In this document: in pieces, positions 52,201 to 64,000 of the stretch
How the letters are laid out: the number at the start of each line of letters is the position of its first letter
Numbering within the stretch: position 1 is the stretch's first letter
Assembly: GCA_030141605.1 (NCBI GenBank)
Contig: JAQGDQ010000041.1
Location: forward strand, 620,001-684,000
Length of the DNA: 64,000 bases
Direction of reading: 5' to 3'
DNA from: Tubiluchus corallicola
Lineage: Eukaryota; Animalia; Priapulida
Position numbers and translations under genes: made by a program
The notes under the pieces: model-generated
Told to the model about the DNA's origin: nothing
Seen by the model: the letters and a program-made list of their open reading frames with translations, nothing else
The model's database searches: none

Positions 52201-54427
52201 GCATCGTGACATGGTGATAGATGAACTTGTGAAGACTGAGCAAGAATATGTACATGATCTTCATCTTTGTTACCAAACATTTTTGCAATATCCAAAAGAT
52301 GTAAAACAAAAATTGGAAATTGATGTAGAAACATTATTCGGAAACTTAGAAGAAGTGATGGTTGTAGCAGGGCAATTGTTGTCTCTGTTGGAAATGGCAC
52401 AAAAGACTAATCTAGACAAACAACCAATCGGAAAATGTTTTTTGGATTTAGCTGACGACATGAAGTCTGCCTATGGGACATACTGTACAAACCACGACAG
52501 TGCCATCGAACTTTTAGAAAAATACGCAAACGATGATGAAATAACAGAATTTTTCAATGTGAAAGTAGAACGTATCAGAGAACAGGGATGCAACTGTTTT
52601 GATCTTGGTTCAATTCTGATTAAGCCTGTGCAAAGGATATTGAAGTATCCACTTTTACTCAATGAATTATTTAAAAGTACTGAAGATGGGCATCCAGATA
52701 AGGAGCGAATCACACTGGCCATAAATGCAATGACAGACGTTGCATCTACAATTAATGAGTTTAAACGTCGGAAAGATTTGGTATTTAAATACAGACGGGA
52801 CACAGATACTATCACAGACAAAGTACAAAAAATAAACATTCATTCTTTGAGAAAGAAATCTGCCCGTTTGTCAACCAGGTTATCGAATGTCTTTAGCACC
52901 AGCTTCAGAACTGTCGATGAAACGTTTAAAGAAGAAGAATCTAGGTTTGTAGGTCTGGAGAAAGCCTTACACCAACTGATTAAAGACGTTTCTGCATTCA
53001 ATGCATGCTTGAATGAAATGCTAGTCGATCAACTTACTGTAGCTGAAGATGTCACAGATTACTATGGTATACAGTATCTCACAACAGATACTATAGAATT
53101 TAAAAAATATCACCGCATTGTTAGTTCACAGCTATTACAGGAGTACAAAAATTCTGTAGAAGCTAAAGTATTAGATCCTTTGAATAGTCTGGCTGTGCTT
53201 TGTCAAGCTGGCCCAGCTAAATTAATAAACAAGAGAACTGACAAGTTACTTGATTATGATAATCATCGAATCACTGTGGATAAACTTGAACGAATAAAGG
53301 ATGTAGAAAAGCTTCAGCAAGCAAAAGTTGATATGGAGACAGCAGAGAGGGTTTACAAAGCACTAAATGCTCAACTATTAGAAGAACTGCCAAAGTTGTA
53401 TCACATGGCAACTACAGTCATAAATAACTGTATTGGAATGTATGTGCATATTCGAAAGGAATTTGTAGAAAAATGCGTGTCTGAACTTGTTACATTAATA
53501 CATTTACCATTAGTGCAGCAAATGGGAGGGAATGAAAACTACATTCAAACATTTTTAGCGAGAAACCAGTCAATTGATGATGAACTTTCCTCTTTGGAAA
53601 GCTTGTCCAAAACAAGTGATTTGCAAAAACGTGATCAGTCATCACCATCAAGCGGTAGCAGAAAGGGTAGAAAAACCTTGCCTCATGAAGCTAAAGCCTG
53701 GGGTTCTACAGACAGAATTTGTACTCAAAGTGATGCAGAACGTCAGTATGTACAATCTCACTACAAAGCAGAAGATCTTTATAGGGTTATAAAAGATTAC
53801 AGGTCTTACGAAACAATGGATCTTCCAGTTCTGGAAGGCCAGCTTCTAGGAGTTATAATGCGAAAAGATCCAATGGGATATGAGGAAAAATGGTTTGTAG
53901 ATAGCGGCAGTGCAAAAGGATTTGTGTTAAAGTCCATCTTAGCTCCATTAGCTGCATCTGGCATTCAGGCTCCGCCCTCCTACTCAGCTGTTGTGAGCAG
54001 CGATGCTGCTCAGTACCCTGAAATGAGGTATGTTGGTAGTCACCTTTATCCCAAACTTTCTTCCAAAACAGAAACTTCTAAACCAGAAGCTTTAGAACCT
54101 GCATCTGCCGAGCAGCAAAAGCCAACAGGTTACCCCACATCAGGACAATCTTTAGCTGCAGATGGTGAGTCTACATCTGATGAATCAAGTAGTCGCAATC
54201 AAAGTTACAGTTCACTACCAGAACAGGAAAGATTCTTTTGCTATGCACTGTATCCATTTGAACCATTAGGTGAAAATCAGTTAAAAATTTTCGAGAGACA
54301 GGTCTTACAAGTTCTTCAAAGACATGATGAAGATGAAAATAATGAATGGTGGCTAGTACGAAGCGAGGATGGAGATGAAGGATATGTACCTGCAAATTAT
54401 GTACAAGAGTATGTTCCGAGTGATTAA
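49259..54427 (+). CDS. DNMBP: Dynamin-binding protein (Tuba/ARHGEF36)-like RhoGEF, single coding exon, 1722 aa
   Basis: Five N-terminal SH3 domains, Pro/Ser-rich linker, DH domain (VIDELVKTEQEYVHDL...LIKPVQRILKYPLLL...INEFKRRKDLV), BAR domain (LINKRTDKLLDYD, YKALNAQLLEELPK) and two C-terminal SH3 domains ending GYVPANYV. Confidence 0.95.
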   Translation: MESGKYARALYDFDTNQPNELPLRAGDVVRLMKQIDKNWWIGDLNGKTGNFPASFVLPLPLPVLSNNELVCVGMETFRGEQTGDLDFNKGDIIIVTEQVDRSWYKGRCADRVGIFPVNFVRFLNATSHDNVKEAVIMKAKALMDLVPQLDEELPFRAGDMIDILEVKEDGWYMGQCHGVTGMFPPTFVEVVDSNVPKTQQKQCIGSNVNKSRLERCLEVAMEKVSSIDTTDDAAQIPSAQCSQEPGLSCISESQQSPYSPGDISQFRNFHNKRDIFPANDRILDVQSSSSKRNLVDDGVIPKAELERYGSTGLTPYGRALFTFVPVNEDELGFAEGEIVNLIRHVNGDWIEGIIDGRVGIFPKDFVEVIIDCPKDYEEVEKEDASIVSNNLSPSEPKLFPQNSYAKVLYDFKGEVEGDLSVNCGDIVLLVWQLDANWVEAKDCIGRTGICPAAFLEHIDEKSNEKSENLETGIMVIDNYTKQTFDEQKMPDPTAKAKTITFNKRSSLPLKFDFSRKSSSDIDSLVAKNIQSWELDTKDNLSRSMTIDSSNVSPRSKQTNLVRNASIDSSCKESSVHYDSEKSVQEPVEQEKYKEVQMLDDQARIAKAFHLSNVPLKPEKIAPKRPSPPAKRLAKAPARPPRPQTLPYKRFGAQQQPLSPHSARKNLSSSKFYVEFSSSMDSMPSTISESAAKRTKPTSNSTSQVCYTPASQTPHVAPSVIQSRGAKKPTVIRAVARTDANPSLVMQQNITVPSVNVAVQHQQSVTASFSTNKGQQEQDIEPKEQQSKLGSEYESSNAFSAAPVFEKSLSEVSEHDARDKEIIEEVLPILPVCGSSRRALSSPDANLTSTVREPPPYHAPPPYRGSIKKETVDRISLTPSPECISDSTSDSDSCLPIRKAPPVPKQRTSMQVLIQEDTGKELVPVRAAPLPPQAAQRKKLHRRSVKQDEEEKQKNLDKIDAEKKEQEEKEKLILEGKQKMREHRDMVIDELVKTEQEYVHDLHLCYQTFLQYPKDVKQKLEIDVETLFGNLEEVMVVAGQLLSLLEMAQKTNLDKQPIGKCFLDLADDMKSAYGTYCTNHDSAIELLEKYANDDEITEFFNVKVERIREQGCNCFDLGSILIKPVQRILKYPLLLNELFKSTEDGHPDKERITLAINAMTDVASTINEFKRRKDLVFKYRRDTDTITDKVQKINIHSLRKKSARLSTRLSNVFSTSFRTVDETFKEEESRFVGLEKALHQLIKDVSAFNACLNEMLVDQLTVAEDVTDYYGIQYLTTDTIEFKKYHRIVSSQLLQEYKNSVEAKVLDPLNSLAVLCQAGPAKLINKRTDKLLDYDNHRITVDKLERIKDVEKLQQAKVDMETAERVYKALNAQLLEELPKLYHMATTVINNCIGMYVHIRKEFVEKCVSELVTLIHLPLVQQMGGNENYIQTFLARNQSIDDELSSLESLSKTSDLQKRDQSSPSSGSRKGRKTLPHEAKAWGSTDRICTQSDAERQYVQSHYKAEDLYRVIKDYRSYETMDLPVLEGQLLGVIMRKDPMGYEEKWFVDSGSAKGFVLKSILAPLAASGIQAPPSYSAVVSSDAAQYPEMRYVGSHLYPKLSSKTETSKPEALEPASAEQQKPTGYPTSGQSLAADGESTSDESSSRNQSYSSLPEQERFFCYALYPFEPLGENQLKIFERQVLQVLQRHDEDENNEWWLVRSEDGDEGYVPANYVQEYVPSD

Positions 54428-56395
54428 GTGCTTACGCAGCTTGAGCTTTGCAGAGTTATTACTCTATGTTTTCTTCTATAGACCACTTATAAGTTTGTAG
54501 CCCAAAATACTTGTGGGTTTGCGCATTTTTGCACTATTCACTATTTCATCAATGATCTAGTACTGTGTATAAACATCACTAGAGCTATTTTGTGTACACC
54601 ACCATTGTTTCCGCTTTTCTGTCTTGATGTTTCTTTGTTGACTTATCTGTGATATATTTTAATAATCCAGTGTGGAAAGTGAAATGTCTAGCAATGTCGT
54701 ATGTATTTATAAAAGTTGTTATAATATGTATTTACTATATCCTGAAGTTTAGCCCGAATTGAATTTTATTACGTTTAGTTAGAATTTTTGTTATTTGAAA
54801 TTCTTCATTTATACAATTTTATTGTTACATCATTTGACTATATAGTACGTGCCTATTGTATATGTCTTTTATTACGTTCATTGTATATAGCATTTGAATA
54901 ATTAGTTTTCATACTCGATATAATTTATGAAAATATGAATCAATTGAATAGTTAGTTTTTGCAAATCTTTGACGCCAATGTGCATCTTGTTATTATGACG
55001 ATAAATGTGTAATGTAAATAAGTCTGAAACTAAAAGACAATTTATTGTACATAACATATTGCAAACAAGGCAAAACTAAGTAATATTTTTCAACATTATA
55101 TTGAATATTTGTGTTTCATATTCAATACACGTGCCCTTATTTAGTACGATATTAATGCAAGTTCTTCAGTATTATATTATTAGGATAAATATTTGTAATA
55201 GTAACAGTACATGTGTACATTAACTGCAACTGGCAAGCTACCCAGTCATTAGACAGAACTATTTTATTTAGAAGTTGCTGTGCTGAACACTGTAGCTTTT
55301 AGCATCTTACGCATACACTTATTGTTTTACAGGTGTTGTGGCCTATAGTTGTTACCTATACTGAAATAAATATTTTTTTCTATTTTACACACGAAGGCTT
55401 GAGATCAATAGAAATAAACTGCACTGTACAATATTTTGTTCAACACGTAATAAAAAATATGAAAACAATTTATGCCACATGTAATAAAAATGGATGCATT
55501 GATCATTTATGGAAAATTTGCAAATATCCCTATATCAGTAATATTACATCACTATTACAGTACTGTGGTGTCACATTGGTTAAAATAATCAATATCACTT
55601 TTAGATGGACAATCAGCAGGTTATAAATGTGGGGTATAAAGGCACGTTATGTCATGAGAATAGCCGCTTGTTATTCCACAAAAAACATTAAGTTATAAAA
55701 AAGCCCAGTGTCCATTTGAAAAAAATCATGGTTTCTTTGGAAAGAATTTATAAACAAGCAGAAAGTGCTGCATGTGGATACACTAACAGTAACTCTTAGT
55801 AAGGTGCTAAAAAGTGCAGTGTATAAGTGACAATCACTGCAGCTGAAACATTGGTTTTAGTAATGATTTTTCACACCAATATGTATATTTATTTCATCTA
55901 GTATTTATGACAATTTAACAGTGGAGAAGGAAAATGTCATGTTTTGCCATTCTTTAAGGCAATGAAGCAGCAATAGAATAAATCCACATTACTACTCCAG
56001 CTTGAGTAAAATGACACATGCAAGTGAATGTTTGATTGGCTGGTGAGCTGTAAAGGAATGAAATTGAATTAAGGCCAATTTTAACCACAAGTGCTTTACG
56101 TTTAGCAGTCGTTGCATTTTAGTTGTATTTCAAGGGTCCCTAGTTTTTGTCCAACATCTCTCCTTTTTGTTTCAAATTTCTTGTGCGATTAAATCAATAC
56201 ATTAAAAATACACTGACTGGGTTTTTCTATCAACAACTTAAGTTTAAAAATAATATTATAATAATGATTAACAGAAGAAACTTATTCTCGATAACGAAAA
56301 ATCTAGAATGCTTGAGACTGATCTCAAACAGACAGGAATTCACTCAAAAGCTCTTATTCGAGTCTCTGATGGCGCTGTCATGTGTTCAAATGCTT

Positions 56396-59300
56396 CTATT
56401 TCCAGATTCTGATGGTATTGTCCTGTGCACCAGAAATTATATAATCACCAGCTTTTTTATCAAACACAACATCTTGTACGGCATCATCATGCCCCACTAG
56501 CTGCATTACCTATTAAAAAAGTAATTTGTCTAGTTGTACCGCATTTGCTTTCATCATGTGATACTGACTAACGTAAGTTTGCATGTACATAATTATAATG
56601 ACACATTGCAGGTCTCAAATACAGGTAGACTTGATTTAACAGGAAAAGGTCCCAAGTGCTGAGTTCTCCACAGTCAAGAATACAATAATTATAAGGCAAT
56701 ACAAAATTTACAGTAATTTTGTTGCTAGTCACAATTTCATTTTCATCTGACTATTTTAAAATAATGATTCCACTCTAGGCAATATATATAGTCAGGAAAA
56801 CAACAATATGCTCATAGAGGTATTAAGAAATATAGCAATTACCATTACATTGTTAGACAAATACATTTCTGATTGTCTGAACATGCCTATTATTGCTGTC
56901 AAAAATGCTTAACACATTAGCTCTTATTAACAGTGTGTAGGACCTGCATACCTTATTGCTTCCAACAAAATGCAAATGGATACTCCCATCACCACTTGCA
57001 ACAGCAAGTAAATTTCCTGAAATAAATGGACATTGTGAGCTTTGTGTAACTTTCACATATAGCACCAGCCGTAGTGTAAGGTAATTACAATTAAATCTAG
57101 TGGTAAATCATATGCTGTTGTGTGCATTTAAACAATAAAGTCAAATAAGAGTTTAGCTGCTGCGTTTCTGCACCAAAAACCCAGGTATTCCAATTAACCC
57201 CAAAATGCATAGAAGCATGACAAATCCTTGTTTTTTTCTGTGATGATATGTGGTTTTATTGATTTTTCCAGTTTGTTTTCAGTCCAATGTTTAATTTCTA
57301 CCATTATCCAAAGATTATTTTTACATCATGGTAAACAAAATTTTTGTTTGTTATTTATCTAAATTAAAAGTGTAAAACGCGCCAGGATACTTTCAAACAT
57401 TCTTACAAAAATTAATAAATGACCATTCGAGGTTTCTACTGCTGATGTGGTCTAGCAAGCAGTAGTAAGTAAATCACATTAAATGAAGCAGCACCTTCCA
57501 CAGAAATAATGAAAATTCATGGAGATGCTATATTGTCCTGCAGTGCAAATGATTGCTGAATACTTACAATGACAAGACATGAAAATGTGTTTCTCCATTA
57601 AAGCTGATGCACACTACAGTACACATAGTAACAGGCCTTTTGCATTTTCCCTATGCACTACATAGGCAGGATTTTTAGATATAAAATAAATGGGAGCCTG
57701 AGTAGCAGTAGCTGCTTTAAAACTGATGTATGTAATTTATTCAAATAACTTTAAGTGTGTATTACATTTCTTGTTAAGTTAATCATTTTCAAATTAATAT
57801 GAACAAGCATACAAGACTAAATGGTCTCATAATAAGGTATAAAGTATTTTATACATGCAATGATGCAAATAACATAAGCACAATCTACAAAGACAGCATG
57901 CTGTTGTCGAAGTGCTTGGATTACATACAGGGCAGAAACCTCCAATTCTGGCATACCCAATTAATTAACAATAGCCAACAAAAATACCTTTTGCCCCTTT
58001 CTCGATTTCAACGTAATTAACCATGTACATGTTTCTAATATATACTGACTGATTGTTGATAGTTATCCGGTTAGATGTGCCTGGTAACCAGGTGTTAAAA
58101 AGAGCACTAATTGGGAACTCTTGTTATACAATTATTACTGTGTTGCTGTATATACCTTATACCTCATCAAATTAAAGATTTGTAACATAATAAGTAGTTA
58201 GTATATTACACCAGTCATGTATAAATATTTCGCAAACACTGCACAGACAGGTACTGCATATGTGCATACACAACATATACGTGCACAGTTACACACGCAT
58301 AGATATGTAATTACGTATATATAATATATATATATATATATAAATGGTCACTATGTAAACAGACTAGAGCAGTAATAGAGAGGTTTCAACGTTTCTAACT
58401 TTACCAGATGGATCAAAGGCAACACTATTTGCAGGATGTGGCCCAAAATCTATGCTTTCTAAAGATGTACCAGACTGCAAATTCCACAGTTTTACAACTC
58501 CATAAGAATCACATGATGCCAAAGTGTTACCATTAAGTGATACAGTAACACTGTTGATAGAATGAAGATGACCATGTAATGTGTGAATTCCTAGTCCCTG
58601 AAAGAAAAACAAAACAGCACATTACATATTATTACAATATATGCTAACCTTTAACAAGAACACTGTTTATTGATTCAGCACTTTTGTCAACATAGAAATT
58701 ACATACATGTACAAAAACAATAAACGAAATGTGTTTATGACATTTAAAAAAACTATTGTACTATGTACTGCGTAGCAATGTCAAATTTAATTTCGAACAG
58801 CATCAATGTAATCCAGTGACAATAATATGTTATTTTCACTAGACCTTACTTTATTATAAACCTTTTCATTGAAATCAGTTATAAAATACATTCATATAAT
58901 TATTTTGGTGAGAACATTCAGGCGGAAATTCTGAACGTAACTAGATCTACTACAGGTGTAATTCTACACGATCGAATTTTGTACTTGTACAATTTAGGAC
59001 TTCGTAAATTGAAATACTCCCAAATATTCTTTAGCAATCAATAAGATATTGAATAGAAATCTTGAATTTTTGCTAAAATAAATACTGCAGTAATGCAAAT
59101 TGAATTATGCATTGTTAGGTACTACTTACTGTTCTTGGATCCCAAAAAGTAATTGTTTTGTCAGCTGAGCAAGTGCAGACAGTGTTAGAGTAAGGCAAGA
59201 ATGTAATACTATTGACAGAGTCAACATGTCCACGAAGAGTAATCCTACATTTCTCGCTGCAATACAATACGAAATTAACCAAAGTCAGACAAAATTAATG

Positions 59301-62300
59301 CATGTACACAAGAAGGATTTTTTTTGTACTACTTTTATACAGAAAAGTATCATATTTCAGTAGCTATTTAAAAATTTGATATATCTCTGCTGATCACCTT
59401 TGCTATTTTATTAATTTCTTTAATTGTGGTTCTGTTCTATACAAGAAAATGTTGAAGTCTGCAACAGACGTGACAAAATATTGCTTTTGATAAATATGCT
59501 ATTGTGGTGTGGTTTAAATTTTAAGCACTTTGTTGCTTTGTTTTTGTTATAGGAAAGTTCAAGGCTTTACTACCTTTTTGACAAACTTATTACACAAGTT
59601 TTCAAATGATTACATTATACGATAGCTGTGTGCAGAATGCTTCATCCTTTACGAACATCATTAGTAATTAACAAAAACTGCGTAGCTTCAAAGTCTTCGT
59701 ATTTTACTCAATTCTTTAGATGTAATTCAAATTTGGACAGCTACACATAGTTTAAAAATCTAATTCTACAGTCAAGAAAACGTACCTAGAGAGATCCCAA
59801 ATTTTGGCTGTATTATCCATAGAACAGCTAGCAATAAAGTTACCCGAATAATGCCAACTGCAGTCCCATACTAAAACAGAACAAAACTTTATAAGACAAA
59901 AGAGGTAATAATAATGAATATTGATAATGAACAATAATAGTGAATGTTCCAGCCGTGTTTGGGACAACTGTAACATCATGCAATCAAAACATTCAACTTG
60001 ATGCAGCAAGAATAACCAGTGCATCCTTGGTGCCAGTTATCACCATTTGTAGAATGAGCTGGGTTTGCTTCCATTATGCAATAGACATATGATATGCGAT
60101 ATAAACCTATACAACTATATAAAACGTCTAATGGTCTTCTTCCTTCATATTTAGAAAATCTGTTACCACCCACAGTAGAAACAATCACAGGGAACCATAC
60201 ACTTTGCAATAGTGATCAATATTAGAATGAATATGAGGCATGGAACTACTCTTTGTCGTAGCTCTTTTATAAGCGCATCAACCTTAGCCTGGAACAATTT
60301 GACCTATGATCTCAGAAATGCCCTCTCTCTCATTCAACTTAAACAGGAACTAGACAACTTAGATGGGTTTAAAGTTAGTAAACCATCACATCAATTTGCT
60401 GCTGATGCTAGGTTTGGGCAGGTTCATATGGGTTGATGTAATGCAGTTTACTGAAAGCACACACGTGTGCTCTAATTTTATTCTCCCTTCTCTGCATTCC
60501 TATGAAGATTCCAAACAGTTTCTTCTACACTGCTCATTTTACCGAAAAAATCCATACCCAGTATATTTCTCCTTTAAATGCACTTACTCAAAATAATATT
60601 CAATTACTATGTGGGGATACCTCACTTTCATCCTGATTCTAATAATGCTCTAGTATCTCTCATCATTAAATTGATTAAACAAAGTGGGTACTTCAATCAA
60701 TAATATTAAATTTACGTCATGAAATTTGCTGAATTTTACTTTACAGAGCAAATTATTTATACTTTTTTGTTCCCGTGACACCACAACTGATTTCTTGTTC
60801 CTTTCATTGGTCTCACCTTCATTCATTTTTTTCTTGCCTAACTTTGCTGCAACTGAACTATTTTCATAATACACTCTCGACCTGCTTAGTCTGGTTTTCT
60901 AACAGGGTCTCAAACACTTTACTAGGCTGTATACAACATAATTAACACTTCATTTTTATGTGTAATTTGATAAACTCTGTTGTGATGTAAAGCATACACT
61001 AGTACTAATTTATTAAATAATGGACATGAAGGATCAAAGTGAAAGGTGTAAAATATTGATGGCAAAATATCATATTTTGCTTGAATATCAGAATATTGTT
61101 ATGTAAAAATGCTTGAATACTGCTTCGCAAAGTCAATAATCCGTACTGAAACTACAAACAAAAATTTTGTATTTTCTATCTTGTTATCATGACATAATTT
61201 TTTGTGAGCTACGGTAATATATCACAAATGCAACTAACCTGGCTGTGAATGTTCTGTAAATGTCAGAACACAATCTTCTTCCACAAAATCCCAAATTCTC
61301 ACAGTGGTGTCACCACTGGCAGTGACTAGCTTACTGCCCCTAAAAATAATAAAATAAAATTAAGATATATGTTTAACCAAAACTAGTGGTGACTAGTAGA
61401 TACTTATGCTAACTGCTTTCCTATTAAAATATGTGAGATATTGCTATAGTGTGTTCAGTGAGTTGGAAATTCTACCATTGCTTGGGGCAACCTTATTTCA
61501 GGTGTTCAGGTAAGGGATGAGTGACATTCCTTGCGGATAACAGGTTATTTTGCACACGATAATTGTAGACTATATCCAAAATCAGCAAATACTCCCCATA
61601 ACTCAGTCAGACTGCCTTACAATAATGTAACTTTTGAAGTTTTAGAAAAAAAAACAGCATATGTTTTAAAGTATACATATTTTCAAACACTACAAAGAAT
61701 TGAGTTATAGAATAGTGAAAGCCTACGCGAATCTTATTTCTTAGTTAGCAAACAGGGTCTCAAAACGTAAGTCTGTGTCAGTGTAATATCAATACTGTTA
61801 CAAATCCTATAATGGTTTCTACACACACTCCTTGTTTGCATAGTAATGGGTAAATGACAATTAGGCACAAAAACATAACTGACATTAAAAACTGAGTGTT
61901 AAAAGAACCAGTAAAGCAGGGTTAATAGAAACTATGGAAATAACAACCATAAAAAGGCAACTGCTAAATGGTTGAAAGTAAAAGTAAAGATTTCAAACTT
62001 ACTGAGGATTAAAATCCACTCCAGCTATCCAATCAGTATGACCTTGTCCAGACATGATCAATTTGGCTGTTGAAAGTGACCACAATCTCCACTGCTTATC
62101 GTCACTCACACTAGCTAATATTTCTTGAGCTGGATGTAGTACTAATCTACAATTGAAAAAATATCATTCATTCACAATGTTAACTCACTTTGTCATTAGA
62201 AACAAGCTAAGTATCTAGGCATACTTATGCCTTTACTCTGTTAAACAATTTTAAACAACCTTTTTGTTTATGCATACAATTTACCAACATTCAACTTTAA

Positions 62301-63222
62301 ATTTGAAAAAAAAGATCTAATACTAACATACCCGCTAACAGCCATTGAATGAGCTTCAATAGTAGTCTTCAATTTAAAAACATATTTCTCATCCAGTTTT
62401 GGGCCAGGTTTTACATCCTTATGAAGATATGGGTTTGCTCCTACATCACTGGGAAAATCAATTTCCTACAAAGTAGGTATTTTACATTTTTAACATTACG
62501 CTAATTTGACTTTATTGTTTGTTTAATGAAATACGCATGGCTCATTCTGAACAAGAGAATACATGTGCTTCACAGCAGGAAATGCATCATTAGTAGCATG
62601 TACTGCACTTATACTAGCCACGTATTGTACTTTCAAGCTACAAGCTGTTTGGGTGCTCAGCGATAAAAAGTAAGTTACAGCAAAATGAACAGATTTATCG
62701 GTAAGTTTCCCACGAAATGTAGCTAGCTGGTCCTATTATACACTGCATCAAAGGGACTATCCAATCAACGGTAGTTCAAACCTATGCCTTCTTGTTCTCC
62801 CAAAGTATGAAGATTTGCATAACAACGAGTAAAACCATGTACATGTTGTTTCCAGTTCTTCCTGATGACTCCCATTCAAAAAGTAAACCACAAGTGAGAA
62901 ACAGTTAGATGAGGTACTTTAGTTTACACTGAATTGTCAAAAATAGTGAAGCCTTTGGAGCACTAACCATGCAGACATAGATCAGCAGATACCATAACAC
63001 CATTAATAGATGAGTTTGCCAAAAAGTGGAAAAGTTACTACCATCTCAGCTGAGCACTCTTAACACAATGGCCAAAGTAATTTACCTATACAATGAGAAC
63101 AAAGTCATTTTTCAAAAGTAAATCAATTACCTGTACAGGAACTGCTTCTTGCTTTGTTAGAGTAACAGTTTCAGCACTTTTTCGTGCAACAGGTTCCACT
63201 TGAACAGGTTTTTCAGGAACAC
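56396..63222 (-). CDS. SPAG16: Sperm-associated antigen 16 (PF20, axonemal central-pair WD40 protein), 3' part; 5' exons lie beyond the window
   Basis: Exons 63222-63131, 62465-62332, 62146-62003, 61339-61239, 59870-59786, 59256-59130, 58597-58405, 57016-56952 and 56509-56396 join in frame. WD repeats: GHTDWI, VWDCSWHYSGNFIASCSMDNTAKIWD, GHLHSIN, ASCDSYGVVKLW, GPHPANSVAFDPSG. Confidence 0.93.
60060..60760 (+). mobile_element. Decayed LINE (CR1/L2 group) 3' end in a SPAG16 intron
   Basis: Fragments LYKTSNGLLPSYLENLLPP, SSFISASTLAWNNL, EDSKQFLLHCSFY (degenerate knuckle); antisense to the host gene. Confidence 0.7.
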
Positions 63223-64000
63223 CTAAATCATGTAAAAATATTATTATATATTACAACAAAAATATATTAATGAACAGTCAGGTGTAGCATATGCTTAATG
63301 CCTTTGCAGGCATCTATCAACTTCTTACTTATGATTCTTGCTAGTTATAATTATCATAATCATTATATAGCAAGCTTTGCACCATGATATTATGTATTTG
63401 TATGAGAGTAATTTTTAAGTCAATTTTCAATTTTCAAGCTGTTACCTGTTATATTTTGACAGCAAATATGATTCGTATCAAACACATTCCTTATCACCTT
63501 ACACAATAAATTACACACTCAATTAAAGATTTATCTAACTATGTTAAGAACTGCAAACATTGAAATTCTTTATTTTTCAAAGTTTTTAACATTTTAAATT
63601 GTAAAACTTTTAATTTTTTTGTCAGCATTTGTCAGTTATGAATTTTCAAAGTTTGTACTGTGTAGGCAGTAGTAAAATGACAGGCATCATTTTCGGATAA
63701 TTTTTTGGAACCCGACATTACGTGCAGTGTCAGCGCTTAATATTTTATGGAATTGTGTTAATACCAAGGGAATTGGGTTTGGAATTGGTTTTTGACTTTT
63801 CATGGTGAGAGACAGTATCATAAATCTGTAGCGCAAAAAGTTATTTCCGTGAACAGCACTTTAAGTGGTCTTGCTGAACATTTTACAGTCAGATAATAAC
63901 ACATATTAAACTCAGAAGTTTAGGAGGGATATGAATTGGCACAGGTATATGTGGCTGGGAGTCAGAGGGAATTGGCTGCCTTCTCAGGGCAAAGGAATTA

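Noticed and set aside
49249-54395. Many short ORFs overlapping DNMBP
   Set aside because: Antisense or alternate-frame shadows of the long CDS
62640-63070. Possible RTE-like LINE remnant in a SPAG16 intron
   Set aside because: Too degenerate to support by eye

Overview
AT-rich invertebrate animal genomic DNA with spliceosomal introns; the taxon cannot be fixed from the sequence. Seven conserved genes lie in strictly alternating orientation: ZNF830(-), SF3A3(+), PPCS(-), HIBCH(+), TMUB(-), DNMBP/Tuba-like(+) and the 3' part of SPAG16(-). They form three head-to-head pairs. I reconstructed all exon chains by hand and each keeps frame. The most notable features concern splicing. ZNF830 has a U12-type AT-AC intron, PPCS has a U12-type intron with rare GC-AG ends, and HIBCH has a probable U2 GC-AG intron. 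SF3A3 (501 aa) and DNMBP (1722 aa, 7 SH3 domains) have intronless coding sequences among intron-rich neighbours. Introns and spacers carry decayed LINEs, MITEs, a fold-back element, 5S-like SINE remnants and microsatellites. There is no prokaryotic system, CRISPR array or intact mobile element, and I found no wholly new multi-gene system.
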